Positions 52,560 through 64,000 of a stretch of 64,000 nucleotides of DNA are shown here, piece after piece. The notes beneath the pieces were generated by a model. The model made no database searches. It was not told where the DNA came from and worked only from the letters and a program-made list of their open reading frames with translations. The stretch is from contig NC_135658.1 in NCBI RefSeq assembly GCF_964188315.1, forward strand, positions 62,558,001 to 62,622,000, written 5' to 3'. How positions within the stretch are numbered: the first letter of the stretch is position 1; each line of letters opens with the position of its first letter. A program made the position numbers and the translations under genes. The stretch comes from Podarcis muralis. Lineage: Eukaryota.

Positions 52560-52930
52560 CAGCCTGCCATTTTACATCATTGCCAAGCAGACTTCCTCTT
52601 GTGAGGTGGGGGGTGATGGGCAGCAGGGCAGGGCAGGGCGGGGAGGATAGTCCAGAGAAAAGAGGTATCTTGGAGGGCTTAGCCTTAAGACATGGGTGGT
52701 CAGAAAGATTGTTTCCAGCTGACCACCAGGAGAAAGTTCAAAACATTCCTATTTATCCAGGCCTTTGATGGTCGACAGACACCAGCCATTGCAACCTTGA
52801 AATTAATAACTGTGGGGATATATGATTGCTTTAAAATGCTTTTAGATGTTTTAAATATTTTGGATGGTTTAATATAGTTTTTAAATGATGAAAACATGTT
52901 TTATTTTTGTTGTTATTCTATTGTTTTAAC
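52560..52930 (+). mobile_element. L2 LINE 3' fragment with AT-rich 3'UTR
   Basis: ...RRKFKTFLFIQAF followed by a TTTTA-rich 3' region. Confidence 0.5.
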
Positions 52931-54617
52931 ACATTGATGTTTGCTTCATGTTTACTCCTTTGGGAGGAAGGATACACACACGGACACATGCAGATGTCAA
53001 GCAATGAAGAATGAACACTGAGACCTTAAAGATAATGCCTACAAGGCAGGCAGCTCTTCCTATCACTACCCCACCTCTTTACAAGGATAAATTCAGATGC
53101 AGGGCGGGCGGGCTATTGCTAGCTTCCTTGGGCTTGGTATTTTTTTAAGCTTTCCCAAGAAAAACAAACAAACCAGAAAGACCCTGCCTTTTAAAATAAG
53201 TCTAAGGGGAAAAGACATCAAAGCTCAGAAACACTGACGAAAGCCAGTCACATAACCCATCACTCATTTTAAAACTTTCTACACATGACCCACCTTCCCA
53301 CTCCTTGCTAAAAGTCTTCTTGCTGTTCCTGTCACTTTGTCATGACAACAGTGCTTCCCTGCTCATTTGGGACTTACCTTGCTGATGGTCCTTAAATACC
53401 ATTTTGATATAAATGAAAATGAAGGCAGTGGCTTGCCTTAAGACCCTGACTTACAAATTCCTCTGTAGAAATAGCACAACTGTAAAGCAATATTCAATGA
53501 GACAAGGATGTTCATAAAACAAGTGTTGTTTAACTAGACAGCTACAGTCTTCTTCACCCTTTAAAGTTCTTCTCTACTCCAGAGGCATTCTTGCCCAGGA
53601 GCATGCATTCAGTTAAGTGATCCTTTAAAATTTCACATTCATGCTTGGTTAAGCATAAGGAGGGGGGGGATACAGACTCATATATATCCAAGTCCTATGA
53701 GTTTGATAAAAACTGGCTGGGAAACGTATGACTTCTATCATATCTCTGCCACCCTGTTTATAGTTTGTTTTTTAAGTTGAACATTTTTGAGATGCAGAAC
53801 AGAAGGCCTAATTTTGAATCTAAGCAAGAAAGTGTTGATTATAATAGTCACAGTTCATTAGGCTGCATCTCTAAAGTTGCCTTGAAGATGCTTTCTTAGA
53901 AGCTTAATGTCTGTTGTATGTTTGGCAGAATAATGTAAGACCTATGGGTTAACAAAAATGTGGCATTTTGTTTGCTTGTAGATTTGTTATTTTATCTTGC
54001 TAAAGTGTGATAGCTCCACTGACCACTGAAATATCAAAATGAAATCTGATACGCATATTCAAGTTTCAGTTTCAGATCAAAAGCTGAATCCATTTTAAAG
54101 AGGACCTGAAAGATGTGCAACAATGGTCAGTTACCCAGTCAGGGGTGGGCAGCAGTTGCAGCCCATCACATCAGACTCCAAGACCCCCTCAGAGCAATCT
54201 GGTCTGCTCCCACCCCTTAAAAAGCTACCTAGAACTGACCTCTGCATTGTATCATCTCCTTGATATCTGAGATAGTAGAATGAACATTAGTCAGCATATC
54301 ACTGACACCATTGTATGTTATATATTTAGACCTAAGTTTAAACACCACACAATTCTAAAAAATGACAGGAAAAATATAAAGCACAATGTCATATAATATG
54401 TCACTGGAGCATGAGACATAAGAATAAAAACTGATTTTAAGTTTTGGACAACTTTTACATTTCCGGTTTGAACTTCACACTCATTTTCAAAGTGGGAAGA
54501 ATGATTCACAATAAATTTTAATGAGACATCTGAAGGAAGAACTGTTGAACATTACGTTTGAGTAGTTATTAAGTTCAGACAAGTAACTCAATAACACATT
54601 TCTGTGACGTCTGATTC

Positions 54618-54795
54618 ATAGGATCACAGAATTGTACAGTTGGAACGGTCATCTCTTCCAACCACCTGCAGTGCAGGAATCTCAACTAAAGCATCCATGA
54701 CAGACGGACATCCAACCTCTGCTTAAAAACCACCAAGGAAAGAAAAGTCTGCCACCCTCTGAGGGAGTCTGCTCCACTGCTGAATAGCTCTTACT
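54618..54795 (-). mobile_element. CR1 LINE 3' fragment
   Basis: Reverse complement of the 3' end seen at 12300-12450 (ATCCAACCTCTGCTTAAAAACC..CAAGGAA). Confidence 0.75.
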
Positions 54796-54826
54796 ACTAG
54801 CTTTTTAGTTTTGAAAACAGAAGAAG

Positions 54827-55170
54827 CTAAATGTTGGGAAATTTAGGACAGACCAAAAGGATGCACTTCTTCACACAGCAATTCACTCCCACAAGATGCG
54901 GCAGTGGCCACCAACTTGGCTTTATGAAGGAATTAGACAAATTCAGGACAGCTAAGGGTATCAATGGCTTCTACTCATGATATGTACTACCACCTGGTAT
55001 CAGAGTGGATATGCCTCAGTTGCTGGGGAATATGAGTGACAGAGTGCTATGCACTTATGTTTTGTTTGTGGGTTTCCTAAACAACTGATTAGTCACTGTG
55101 AAAGAAGGATGCTGGACTTGATGGTGCTTTTGATCTGTCTCAGCCAGGTTCCTTTTATATTCTCTTATGT
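54827..55170 (+). mobile_element. CR1-like LINE 3' fragment (second family)
   Basis: TTTAGGACAGACCAAAAGG...CTTCTTCACACAG...GAATTAGACAAATTC; ends in a TTCTCTTATGTT-type tail. Confidence 0.55.
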
Positions 55171-57179
55171 TACTCTTGAACTAGCTCACTGCTGTGTGAC
55201 CAAGAATATTACATACTGACCCAGAAAATCATATTGGTACAGGAGGAAGACAAGCTGATGCATCTGTATCAACAACTAAGGCTACTATATATGATTTAGA
55301 GAGGTCATGAATCAGCATAAAAATAAAAAAGATTTGGCCATACCCATTACCCAAAGGCATTTTTTACATCCCTATATTGATGTAATCCTAAATACCTGTT
55401 TTTTTAGCCAGGTATAAGAGCGTTCCAGATGATTGTCAGCAAAGTGGTTATCCTACCTGCTTGGCATAGAATGCTGTTGTAATTAGCTTAGGTCCCATGG
55501 TTACATATGAAAAAACTGCAGGCTTGAATATAAACTGGATGGTTCTTATAACACATGTTATAATAAAACTCCTATATGCTCCTATACATTGAAAGAAGCC
55601 CTACATCAAGCATGGGTATCCATTAAGCATAATCATTTTATGGGGAGTTGTAGCTGGCTACAGTAAACTATATTCTCCCTTAGAATCCAAAGACTGATGA
55701 GTCATTAAATTGAGACTGAACAGGGAAAAGTTTGAATTTGAAACCTAATACCATGCTAGAGCCACTCTAAAAACATAAAGGTTGTCTAAGCAGAATTCCT
55801 ATAAAAATACATTCATTATACAATACCTTAGTCAAACAATAGTTAAATGCATCAGTGTGTCTAATGCAAGTCTTTACATTCAGTAATGGTCTCCTTCAAT
55901 TTTTTCAGTGACCAATCTAGTGATGCAGACAAATTTCTGTAAATGAAAACCAGTTTATCCCACACAGTGAAAAGGCTCATAAAAGTAAATGGGCTTTATA
56001 TTTAATGTGAACCCCTAGCAATCTCCTCAATGTCAATGCTCTTAGGGTTATAAGAAAAAGTTACAGCTGTGGTAATGCTGTTTCCTGGCTGCCGAATGTT
56101 AGTATTCATTCCCCATGGTAAATCCCAGATCTGTTGTCCGGTAGAATGCTTTTTACAGCATTTACAACAAAGAAGGTTGGGATTGTACCAATACTGTCTT
56201 CTTTTATTAGAATTCTGTCTTTTTATTACACACCTGGCATGGCATTAATATCTCCACTCATATGAGAGAATGGGGGTTAATGCTACCACAAATACAGCTT
56301 TATCTGAAGGCATTTTGACACAGATTGCCAGGTTACAACTTGGAGATTGATCCTGTATCTTTACATTTCTTACTTAAGTGGCAGGTTCATAAGCCAAATC
56401 TTTCCCTGCCTCTTTTGACTCTGGTCCCTTCATTTGTTTCCCTCAACAAGAGCCAAATGATTCCACAAGTATGCAGCATACCAGGTAAACAAGGATGGCT
56501 GAAGAGGTAGGAGAAAATAAATGGGACCTAAATTCTACTGTGTTATCTCATCCTGTGTTGGACATATAAGCATCATCTTATATGGGAAACCAGGAGCATG
56601 AGGGGCATTGAGGTTGACGTAGTGCAAACATACGATCAGCAGCACTGAATTGGCTGTGCCAGTGTGTTCACACTGTGCCAATCATGTTGCTGACTCGCCC
56701 CTCCCAGTACGCCAGAGTGATGACTATGACGAGAGATCAAGTAAGCAGCAGCGTCCCACCAACTGCTTCTGGACTGTACACATCTATAAATGTTTCGAGC
56801 TTCCAGCCAGAACACACCACAAAATCCATTGATACAATGGATCCATTCACAACTTAAGAATTCCAAACAAGCATTCTTCAAACTACAATATTCACCCAAT
56901 GAAGTGGGAGTGGAAAAACAATTAAAAAAACCAAACCCTGACTGTACTCAGGAATAATCTACTAGAACAAACCTAGAAGAATGATAGAACATGTCATTTA
57001 TAGTTCTCAGCTGAAACCGCTCAAATGTATCATCAATTCTATAACCAATACTGGACTAAGACACTTTCCATGGGCCTTGGGTGGTAGGCCAGCACTTGCT
57101 TATAGACAGTTTCTCTCCTAACTAAAACAGCTACTCACCAGCAACAGCAGGCCACACAGCAGAGATACAGACATAGGGA

Positions 57180-57673
57180 NNNNNNNNNNNNNNNNNNNNN
57201 NNNNNNNNNNNNNNNNNNNNNNNNNNNNNNNNNNNNNNNNNNNNNNNNNNNNNNNNNNNNNNNNNNNNNNNNNNNNNNNNNNNNNNNNNNNNNNNNNNNN
57301 NNNNNNNNNNNNNNNNNNNNNNNNNNNNNNNNNNNNNNNNNNNNNNNNNNNNNNNNNNNNNNNNNNNNNNNNNNNNNNNNNNNNNNNNNNNNNNNNNNNN
57401 NNNNNNNNNNNNNNNNNNNNNNNNNNNNNNNNNNNNNNNNNNNNNNNNNNNNNNNNNNNNNNNNNNNNNNNNNNNNNNNNNNNNNNNNNNNNNNNNNNNN
57501 NNNNNNNNNNNNNNNNNNNNNNNNNNNNNNNNNNNNNNNNNNNNNNNNNNNNNNNNNNNNNNNNNNNNNNNNNNNNNNNNNNNNNNNNNNNNNNNNNNNN
57601 NNNNNNNNNNNNNNNNNNNNNNNNNNNNNNNNNNNNNNNNNNNNNNNNNNNNNNNNNNNNNNNNNNNNNNNNN
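57180..57673. other. Assembly gap (494 N)
   Basis: Run of N. Confidence 1.
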
Positions 57674-59897
57674 TGCCTTACCTATGTCAGGATGCATTTG
57701 TTATCAACAACTGTTTTATGGATTATCATGGAAAATTATGAAATTATCAGTGTCCTGCATTTTTTCCTGTATTTTATTTCCTCTGACATCACTCCTTACA
57801 ATCCCCCCACAACCATGATATATACCTGTAACTTAGGACAACACTTTAATGCTTTTGATAAATTGCAATCCACAATAGCTTATGCAATAACCATTTGCTA
57901 ACACTTAAAGAGTCCAGACTCTTAGAAAATACAGACGGCTTAAGCTTTTCGAGAACCCCACAGGTCAGTATATTCATCTCTATTACTAATAAATATAGGT
58001 CACTTATCATGCTAATATTCTTAATTATGATTTGAAATCCAACAATCAATAGCATGGCAGTTACAACCAGGTAAAGAAGCATGATGCTTTTTATGGTTCA
58101 CAATAGGGAATTAAAAAGCTCAGCATTTATCTATAATGACTATAGATTGTTTAAATAAATGGTCAAAATTGTACAGCACTTTCAGCAGAGGGAACAAATT
58201 GTGAATTGACAGATAAACTGTATAAATTCGCTGTAAATATGGTTCTTTTACTGTAGGACACCATTAAGACATGTCCTTGAGTCTAAGCAATTATTGACCT
58301 TTACAGCCTCTTCATGTGTTGTACTTCCTTTCTGAAAGTGGATATAATAACAATAAGGAAAAATACTTATTGTAGAGAATGGAGTGCATAATGAGGTAAG
58401 ACTAGATGGGAATCTGCAGAAGATAGGAAGCTATTGCAATTATTTCAATAAGTATCAAGGACTAAAGATGACAAAGACTGCATGGTCCACTTCTGGGTTT
58501 TCTCACTCCTGGTTATGAAGTCAGACAATCTTTATAACAGGTGTACTTTCTTCCCAGTCACACTTTCAGGAGTGTAATTTATTATGGATCTTGCAGTATG
58601 CAGGTAACTGAGTCATATCTACAGATATGTGTCAATGAAGAGCTATCAGAGCTTTTACAGTCTTTCTGCAAAGGGCAATAAGCAAAATGTTACAACCCAT
58701 TTAGCAATAAACTGTGCATTTTCTCTGCAAGGCTTTTCCTGCATTTTTTATGTGCATCATTTAACCTATCTCTAAATTTAATTCTATATTCTCTGGTAAT
58801 TTTCAAAATCTGAGTTGGAGCCCAGATGGTTTCTGTTTTCTCCATGGGCAGGAAAATATATCTCAGTATGAATCACTTTAGCGATGCAGAAAGAAGTGGA
58901 AAAGCAGAATATGCATTTCAAAAGCAAGAACTGTGAGAAGTGATGCGCTGTATGGGAGCTGCTTGTGTCCATGTATGCATCATTTAAGAAGGCGCTGAGA
59001 TAATCTCAGTCCCATTGCAGAATGCAACTGAAAGATGGCTATAAAACGGTGCAAGTTAAAGAAACTGTTTTTGTTCAACCAGCTCTTCCTTAGCAATCAT
59101 TTCTATATATATTCTAGTAATTCATATTTCCATCATGTAGAAAACTCTGCAGATTTCAAACAACAACAAAAATCCAGGGGAGGAGGGCAGACTGGATTTC
59201 CTTGTCTTAGGGAATGCAAGGATCTGTCAATTTCAGTTCCCTCGGTCTTTCATTTTTCTAATTCTCCATTCAGTTTTTCACATTTTATAGCAATTTGCTT
59301 TATAAAAAATCCATCAGCATTTTAGTGTGATTTCCCTCCCTAATAAACACATTGGTATATGCAGTTTTGACTAATGCGTACATTTTTGAAATTTATCCAA
59401 TGTAGTACATTTTTGTATGTTATTTTCACTAATATCTTAATTATTATGCACAGCTTTCACCTAATACATGGTTGCAGAAATGCATTGCAAAATAGGGATA
59501 GGTGTGTTTATGTTTGCATATAGTTTCAGAAAGTGTGAATTTGATAGATTTGACTTTGAACACATACTGAATTGAATTTCTCTTCCATCCCTAGCTAATC
59601 TTAACACTTCCAATAAGCAATATTTTCTTTTTCAGGGGACAGCAAAGTCATAGATACAACTTTTATGCCTATCCCAAATGATGACATGACAAAGATGGTA
59701 TATTTGAAGCAAACTCATCCAAGGTCTACATATATTAATAAAATTATTTTCTATTATAAAGCAAATAAATGTAAATATACTGAAGAGGTAAAGATCATGG
59801 TTCAGTTGATAATATAAGATTCATCCGGTGCTGTAAAGACAAAGAAATGTTTATATAGCTTTCCTTTGCGACTTGTTGAAAAATGTAAACCACATAC

Positions 59898-60177
59898 CTT
59901 ATGACACATGCATAAAGCCCACTGTCTTGGGGCACTGTTGGACGAAACCAAATGGCATCTTCCTCTTTGCTCATTCTAGTTCCATCAAAAGCTATAGGCT
60001 CCTCAAAATCTCCAGGTCCAGAGCTTTTGTACCACATTAAACTGAGTCCAGCACTTTGTGCTAGGGTGTAATTAGCTCTTATATATCCATAAAACAGTGC
60101 ACACTTTATACGAACAGGTTCTCCCACTAAGACTTGATACTTCTTGTAATCCACTGACCAGTCAGTACATCCATCCG
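59898..60177 (-). CDS. IL1RAPL1: IL1RAPL1 coding exon (equivalent to human exon 3; first Ig domain)
   Basis: Translates (A)[92 protein letters not shown](R), which matches IL1RAPL1 rather than IL1RAPL2 ([14 protein letters not shown] is diagnostic). Pyrimidine tract plus TAG acceptor at 60180-60178; AG|GTATGT donor at 59897; 280 bp. Confidence 0.97.
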
Positions 60178-63100
60178 CTAAAAGAGAAAAGAAGAAGAAA
60201 AGACAATTATGTGGTATACTGCTGAATATACAGCACAGTTCCTACTTAATTTGTAATCGTACTTCTTTGAAGTTGTCATGCCAGAGTTATTGATGCAAAG
60301 CAAAATACTTTAGATTGGTTTCACTGAATATGCAGCCAAGACTGACCACAAAAATTGCTTTCCCTATTGGTGCCATATTTTCCACAGTGTGGGACAATCA
60401 GCAAATCTCATCAACCTACTGGATAATTTAAGTGATAAGTAAGAAATTATCCTTTCTCTTCACTATATCCTTAGGCTGAATTATCACAAAATATTTGATT
60501 GAAATATGTGCAACAGAGTCCATCTAGCCCAGAGGGTGTCATAATCACTGAACAGCATTAATCAAATATCTTCAAGTTAATAACAGAAATGAAAGAAGGG
60601 AATTATCCCATCTTTTTAAAAATGTGGCAAGTTAATGGCTGCAAACTGGAAAGTTTAGGTTAGATCCTATGTTAGGGGGAGGTGAGGTATTAATGTTAAG
60701 CCTAATTGCACAGCAGAACAAAATGTCAAGATAAATTATTCAGGTCATTATGACTGGGTATTCAACAGCAAATTTACTGGAAATATCTGACTTTTCTGTA
60801 TTTAAAATTACTAGGAGTTAAACAAAATCATCCAAGTGGTTATGTGAGTGAGTGTGTATGTGTGTGTGCGCGCACACACACACTTATAAAGATTATAACT
60901 GCTAAAACTATCTAATCTAATCTGATCCTGTGAGATAGAACAGGATATTTACTCTGAAGAGCACCACTTTCCATTTAATCTACTTATTTATAATGATATG
61001 AAAGGGGAGGACAATATTCTAGACTCCTGTCTTGCTTACAGCCAGCCAGAGCTGAATATGCAATTCTGAGTTTCTCTCCTTGAAAGCTTGGGGCAGGCCT
61101 AACTCTAAATTTGGAGGCCAGATCTCTACTGCCTCCCCCACAAGCCCCCTGCAAGATCCTTCTGATTTTGGTAGTGGCAAAGAGGAAAAAATAGATACAG
61201 TCCTGAAGTGAGTGGAACCCAACATTTGACCATTTGATGACTGGATAGAGGGTAATAACTTCCTCCTTAGCTGATCTGCATGGACTGTGCACCTGTGTGA
61301 GTAAGAGTGCGTGGAATGGCCACATCCAATTTTGGCCAATCCAACCACTTGTATGTGGCCTCAGGGGGTTGGCCAAAGTTGAATGTGGGCTTCAGGCCAT
61401 AAAGGGTTAACCATCACCTCCTTAGAGCATTGCTGAATGCTAGACAATATGATAGACATGATCCCACAGCTAGGCAAAACCTTAAACAACTCCAGAGTTC
61501 AAGTTACAAGAACAGCTTTATTTAAGTCAGTATAAGAAAAAGGGAGGAGTTTTAAAAGGGGGGGGGGGGAGTATTCACTATCTTGAGTAATGTACAAATA
61601 TCTTCAATTAACATGAAACCAGCATGGGTTATCCCAGGCCATGCATCAAAAGGCTTAAGAGACAAAAGAACATGACTTTTTTTTAGCCCCTGGAGATTCA
61701 AGGCAGGCAGGGCTGTTAGTCAGCTAAAAGGAAGACCACCTAATCAGCATTGTTAAAAAAGTAGAGGGGGTGGGCCTGCAAATAACACTTTTGCCAAGTG
61801 TTTTGTAAGACAGTTTCCTTACTCCTATTTGAGGCTCTGGAGGCTGACATGGGAGTACAGGGGCTATATTAACAGCAAGAAGGTTTAGAAGCTGTTGCAG
61901 GTCCCCAAGGGTGTGACTGCCAGCTGGCTGTCCAGCGCATGGAAGCCCCTTCACAAGGGATTTGGAGAAATCAGTGGGGCTGCCCACCTGTCAATCATGT
62001 AGTATTATAATGGTGTCATGTGGCTGACAGGTGGGTAACCCTGCCAACCTCTAAAAATTGGCCCATGAGGCTACGCTTGTCTTGGGGACAGTGGTCATTA
62101 GATGGCTACAACAGCTGTGATAGCTCTGTTCTTAGAAAAGTGAAGCTTGTATACATAAAGAACTATCTATATGTGCCTTTGTTCATGATGTGTATATGAT
62201 GGCGGGTTCAAAACACAATATAACAGCTCATGATTAACTCAATTATCCATTTTCATTCGTGGTTAACAGAAGTTTGGCTATGCAGAACTGTTAGACTTCA
62301 GTTAGCTCAGCTGATAATATATCATGCTGTAACACTCAATGATTATCCATTTATTTGTGGCACTTAAAATCCACATCTGCATATTTATTATGTTGGAAAC
62401 CACTTTGCTTTCAATCTGTTCAATGAGTTCACCATGCTTTTAAATTCCAAAAAATACATACTATAAAGGAGTATTCAAATGAGTCCTGGGAAATGCGAAA
62501 TATTTTTAAATCTTATTATGGTTGGCTTGTTGCAATTGCAACAAATTCAGAATATCAAAGCTAAAATACAGAGACTATTATCATCATAATAGCAATACTA
62601 TATCATGAATCCAAGTTTGGAGAAATAGCAAAAGTCTCATCAAAAGTACCTTACACTTACTGTTAAACACTGAATCCATAATCTTAGGCACACAAACCGA
62701 AACTCATTCCTGCTGAGCTAGTGAGGGATAGATGTGTGGCTTCTAGAGAAATGAAGTCACTAAGAAGGCTTCCCAGCTATCCCACATTTTCAAACCATGA
62801 TTGGATCCTGCCAGTCCTTGATAATTCCAGGTCAGTCCTGAGACCTTGTCTGATCAAGAGGCACCACTGTCTTTTTCTACCACTATGAACCTGGCAATAC
62901 ATTACATACACCAAATGTAGACATATGCAGCTAACCTCTACCTGTTCTAAATTCTGAATCTCTGCCAAGAAGATAAGACTGAAGGAAAAAAACACAGGAT
63001 AGAGATTTTGCTGAGCATTTTTTTTAATCATTTCATTATTTGTCTATATTTAAGTTTCTCCTTAGAAGCCTCATTCCGTGCCCCAAAAGTGTGGGATGCC

Positions 63101-63299
63101 TTTCCCCAGTGGTTTTGCCCAGTATCTTGCCCGTGCGATGGGCTTGTGGAGAAAAAGTTGTCCCACAAGTCCTTGCAAAGAGGAGGGAAAAGCCTATATG
63201 GCAGTTTCCCCTGGAACAGCTTCCCATTCATCCTCAGCTTGGAGCCTTCATTGAAGAATTTTGGGTTGCTGGTTAACAGGATCAGAAATGATTTTTTTC

Positions 63300-63632
63300 T
63301 TTCAACCTGATTGGCACTTGGTTGAGGGTATTTTGCTTTTCCATCAGTGAAATTATGACCTTCCTTTGTTAGGCAAAGAAGTTGTTTCTTGAGGGCAGAA
63401 ATGGCATTGGGCAAGATCAACATAGCATAAGAGGCCCCCATAAGGGGTCTGAGGGGAGGACTGACCACAGCACTCCCAAGCTTAGGTTGGGGTATCTGCC
63501 TGGCTAGAATCTGCACACAGGTCACCCAGTGAGAACTTGCTTGCCCTGCCTCCTGCTGTCAATAAAGAATTGGCCTAATTTTATCCCACCACCATTGTAC
63601 AGTCTGGTTATTTTGCTGCTCTCATGGGTCAC
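63300..63632 (+). mobile_element. Possible LTR 3' portion
   Basis: AATAAAG at ~63561 followed ~65 bp later by GGTCACA (TG..CA-type end); no matching 5' end or TSD found. Confidence 0.3.
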
Positions 63633-64000
63633 ATAATGCGCTTGCCTGGGCAATCTAATTTTCATCTGGAGTTGCAAGCAGAGAGCAGGGGAAGTTATTC
63701 CTGCACAAAAATAAGCTGAAAAGCAGCAGCCAGTTATGTCTGTTCTCCTGTGTTTTTAACTGAAATCCCATTCTCTCTGCTTATCTCTGGGAGAGCCTTC
63801 AGTATTCTCAATAGGGGTGTGCATCAGATTTGGGCAGATTCCATATCTGAAACAAAATCAGGCTCTTTCTGAAGGATTTGGGACTTCTGACCTAAAGTGA
63901 GATCCTTCCAAAGAACTAAAAACCAAATCAGAGGACACCTAACTAATTTGGGGCAATCCATAGATTCTGACATTAAAAAGCAATAACAGTACAGTATGTC

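Noticed and set aside
57131-57697. 188-aa ORF
   Set aside because: Artefact of translating the N gap.
59795-60154. ORF-track protein starting MDYKKY
   Set aside because: The first codon is an internal GTG (Val) of a spliced exon, and the tail after VIR is intron read-through.
9016-60177. Assignment to IL1RAPL2 or IL1RAP
   Set aside because: Diagnostic residues ([41 protein letters not shown]) match IL1RAPL1.
63028-63525. 165-aa minus-strand ORF
   Set aside because: No recognisable domain or splice structure; overlaps a probable LTR-like relic.
1-64000. CRISPR arrays, operons or other prokaryotic systems
   Set aside because: No regularly spaced repeat-spacer structure; the sequence is intron-rich vertebrate DNA.

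Overview
Vertebrate genomic DNA, not prokaryotic. The Sauria SINE, Bov-B, CR1 and L2 content points to a squamate, probably a lacertid lizard (inference). The window lies inside IL1RAPL1, on the minus strand. Three coding exons are present, with canonical AG/GT ends and lengths matching human exons 3, 4 and 5 as I recall them: 60177-59898 (280 bp), 13896-13710 (187 bp) and 9169-9016 (154 bp, absent from the ORF track). The rest is intron with many transposon relics. The standout is a 1,229-bp hAT/Charlie-type DNA transposon at 45577-46805. It has perfect 15-bp TIRs, an identical 8-bp TSD (CTCTAGAC) on both sides, and it splits an L2 LINE whose ORF2 continues across the empty site. Its ~1.1-kb interior is not transposase sequence; it looks like a captured host CpG-island promoter/5'UTR (Pack-TIR-like transduplication). 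Second, two Sauria SINEs have independently inserted, in opposite orientations, into the GGTACC-containing right TIR of the same Tc1/mariner MITE family. Most other ORFs in the track are spurious or repeat-derived. There is a 494-N assembly gap at 57180-57673.
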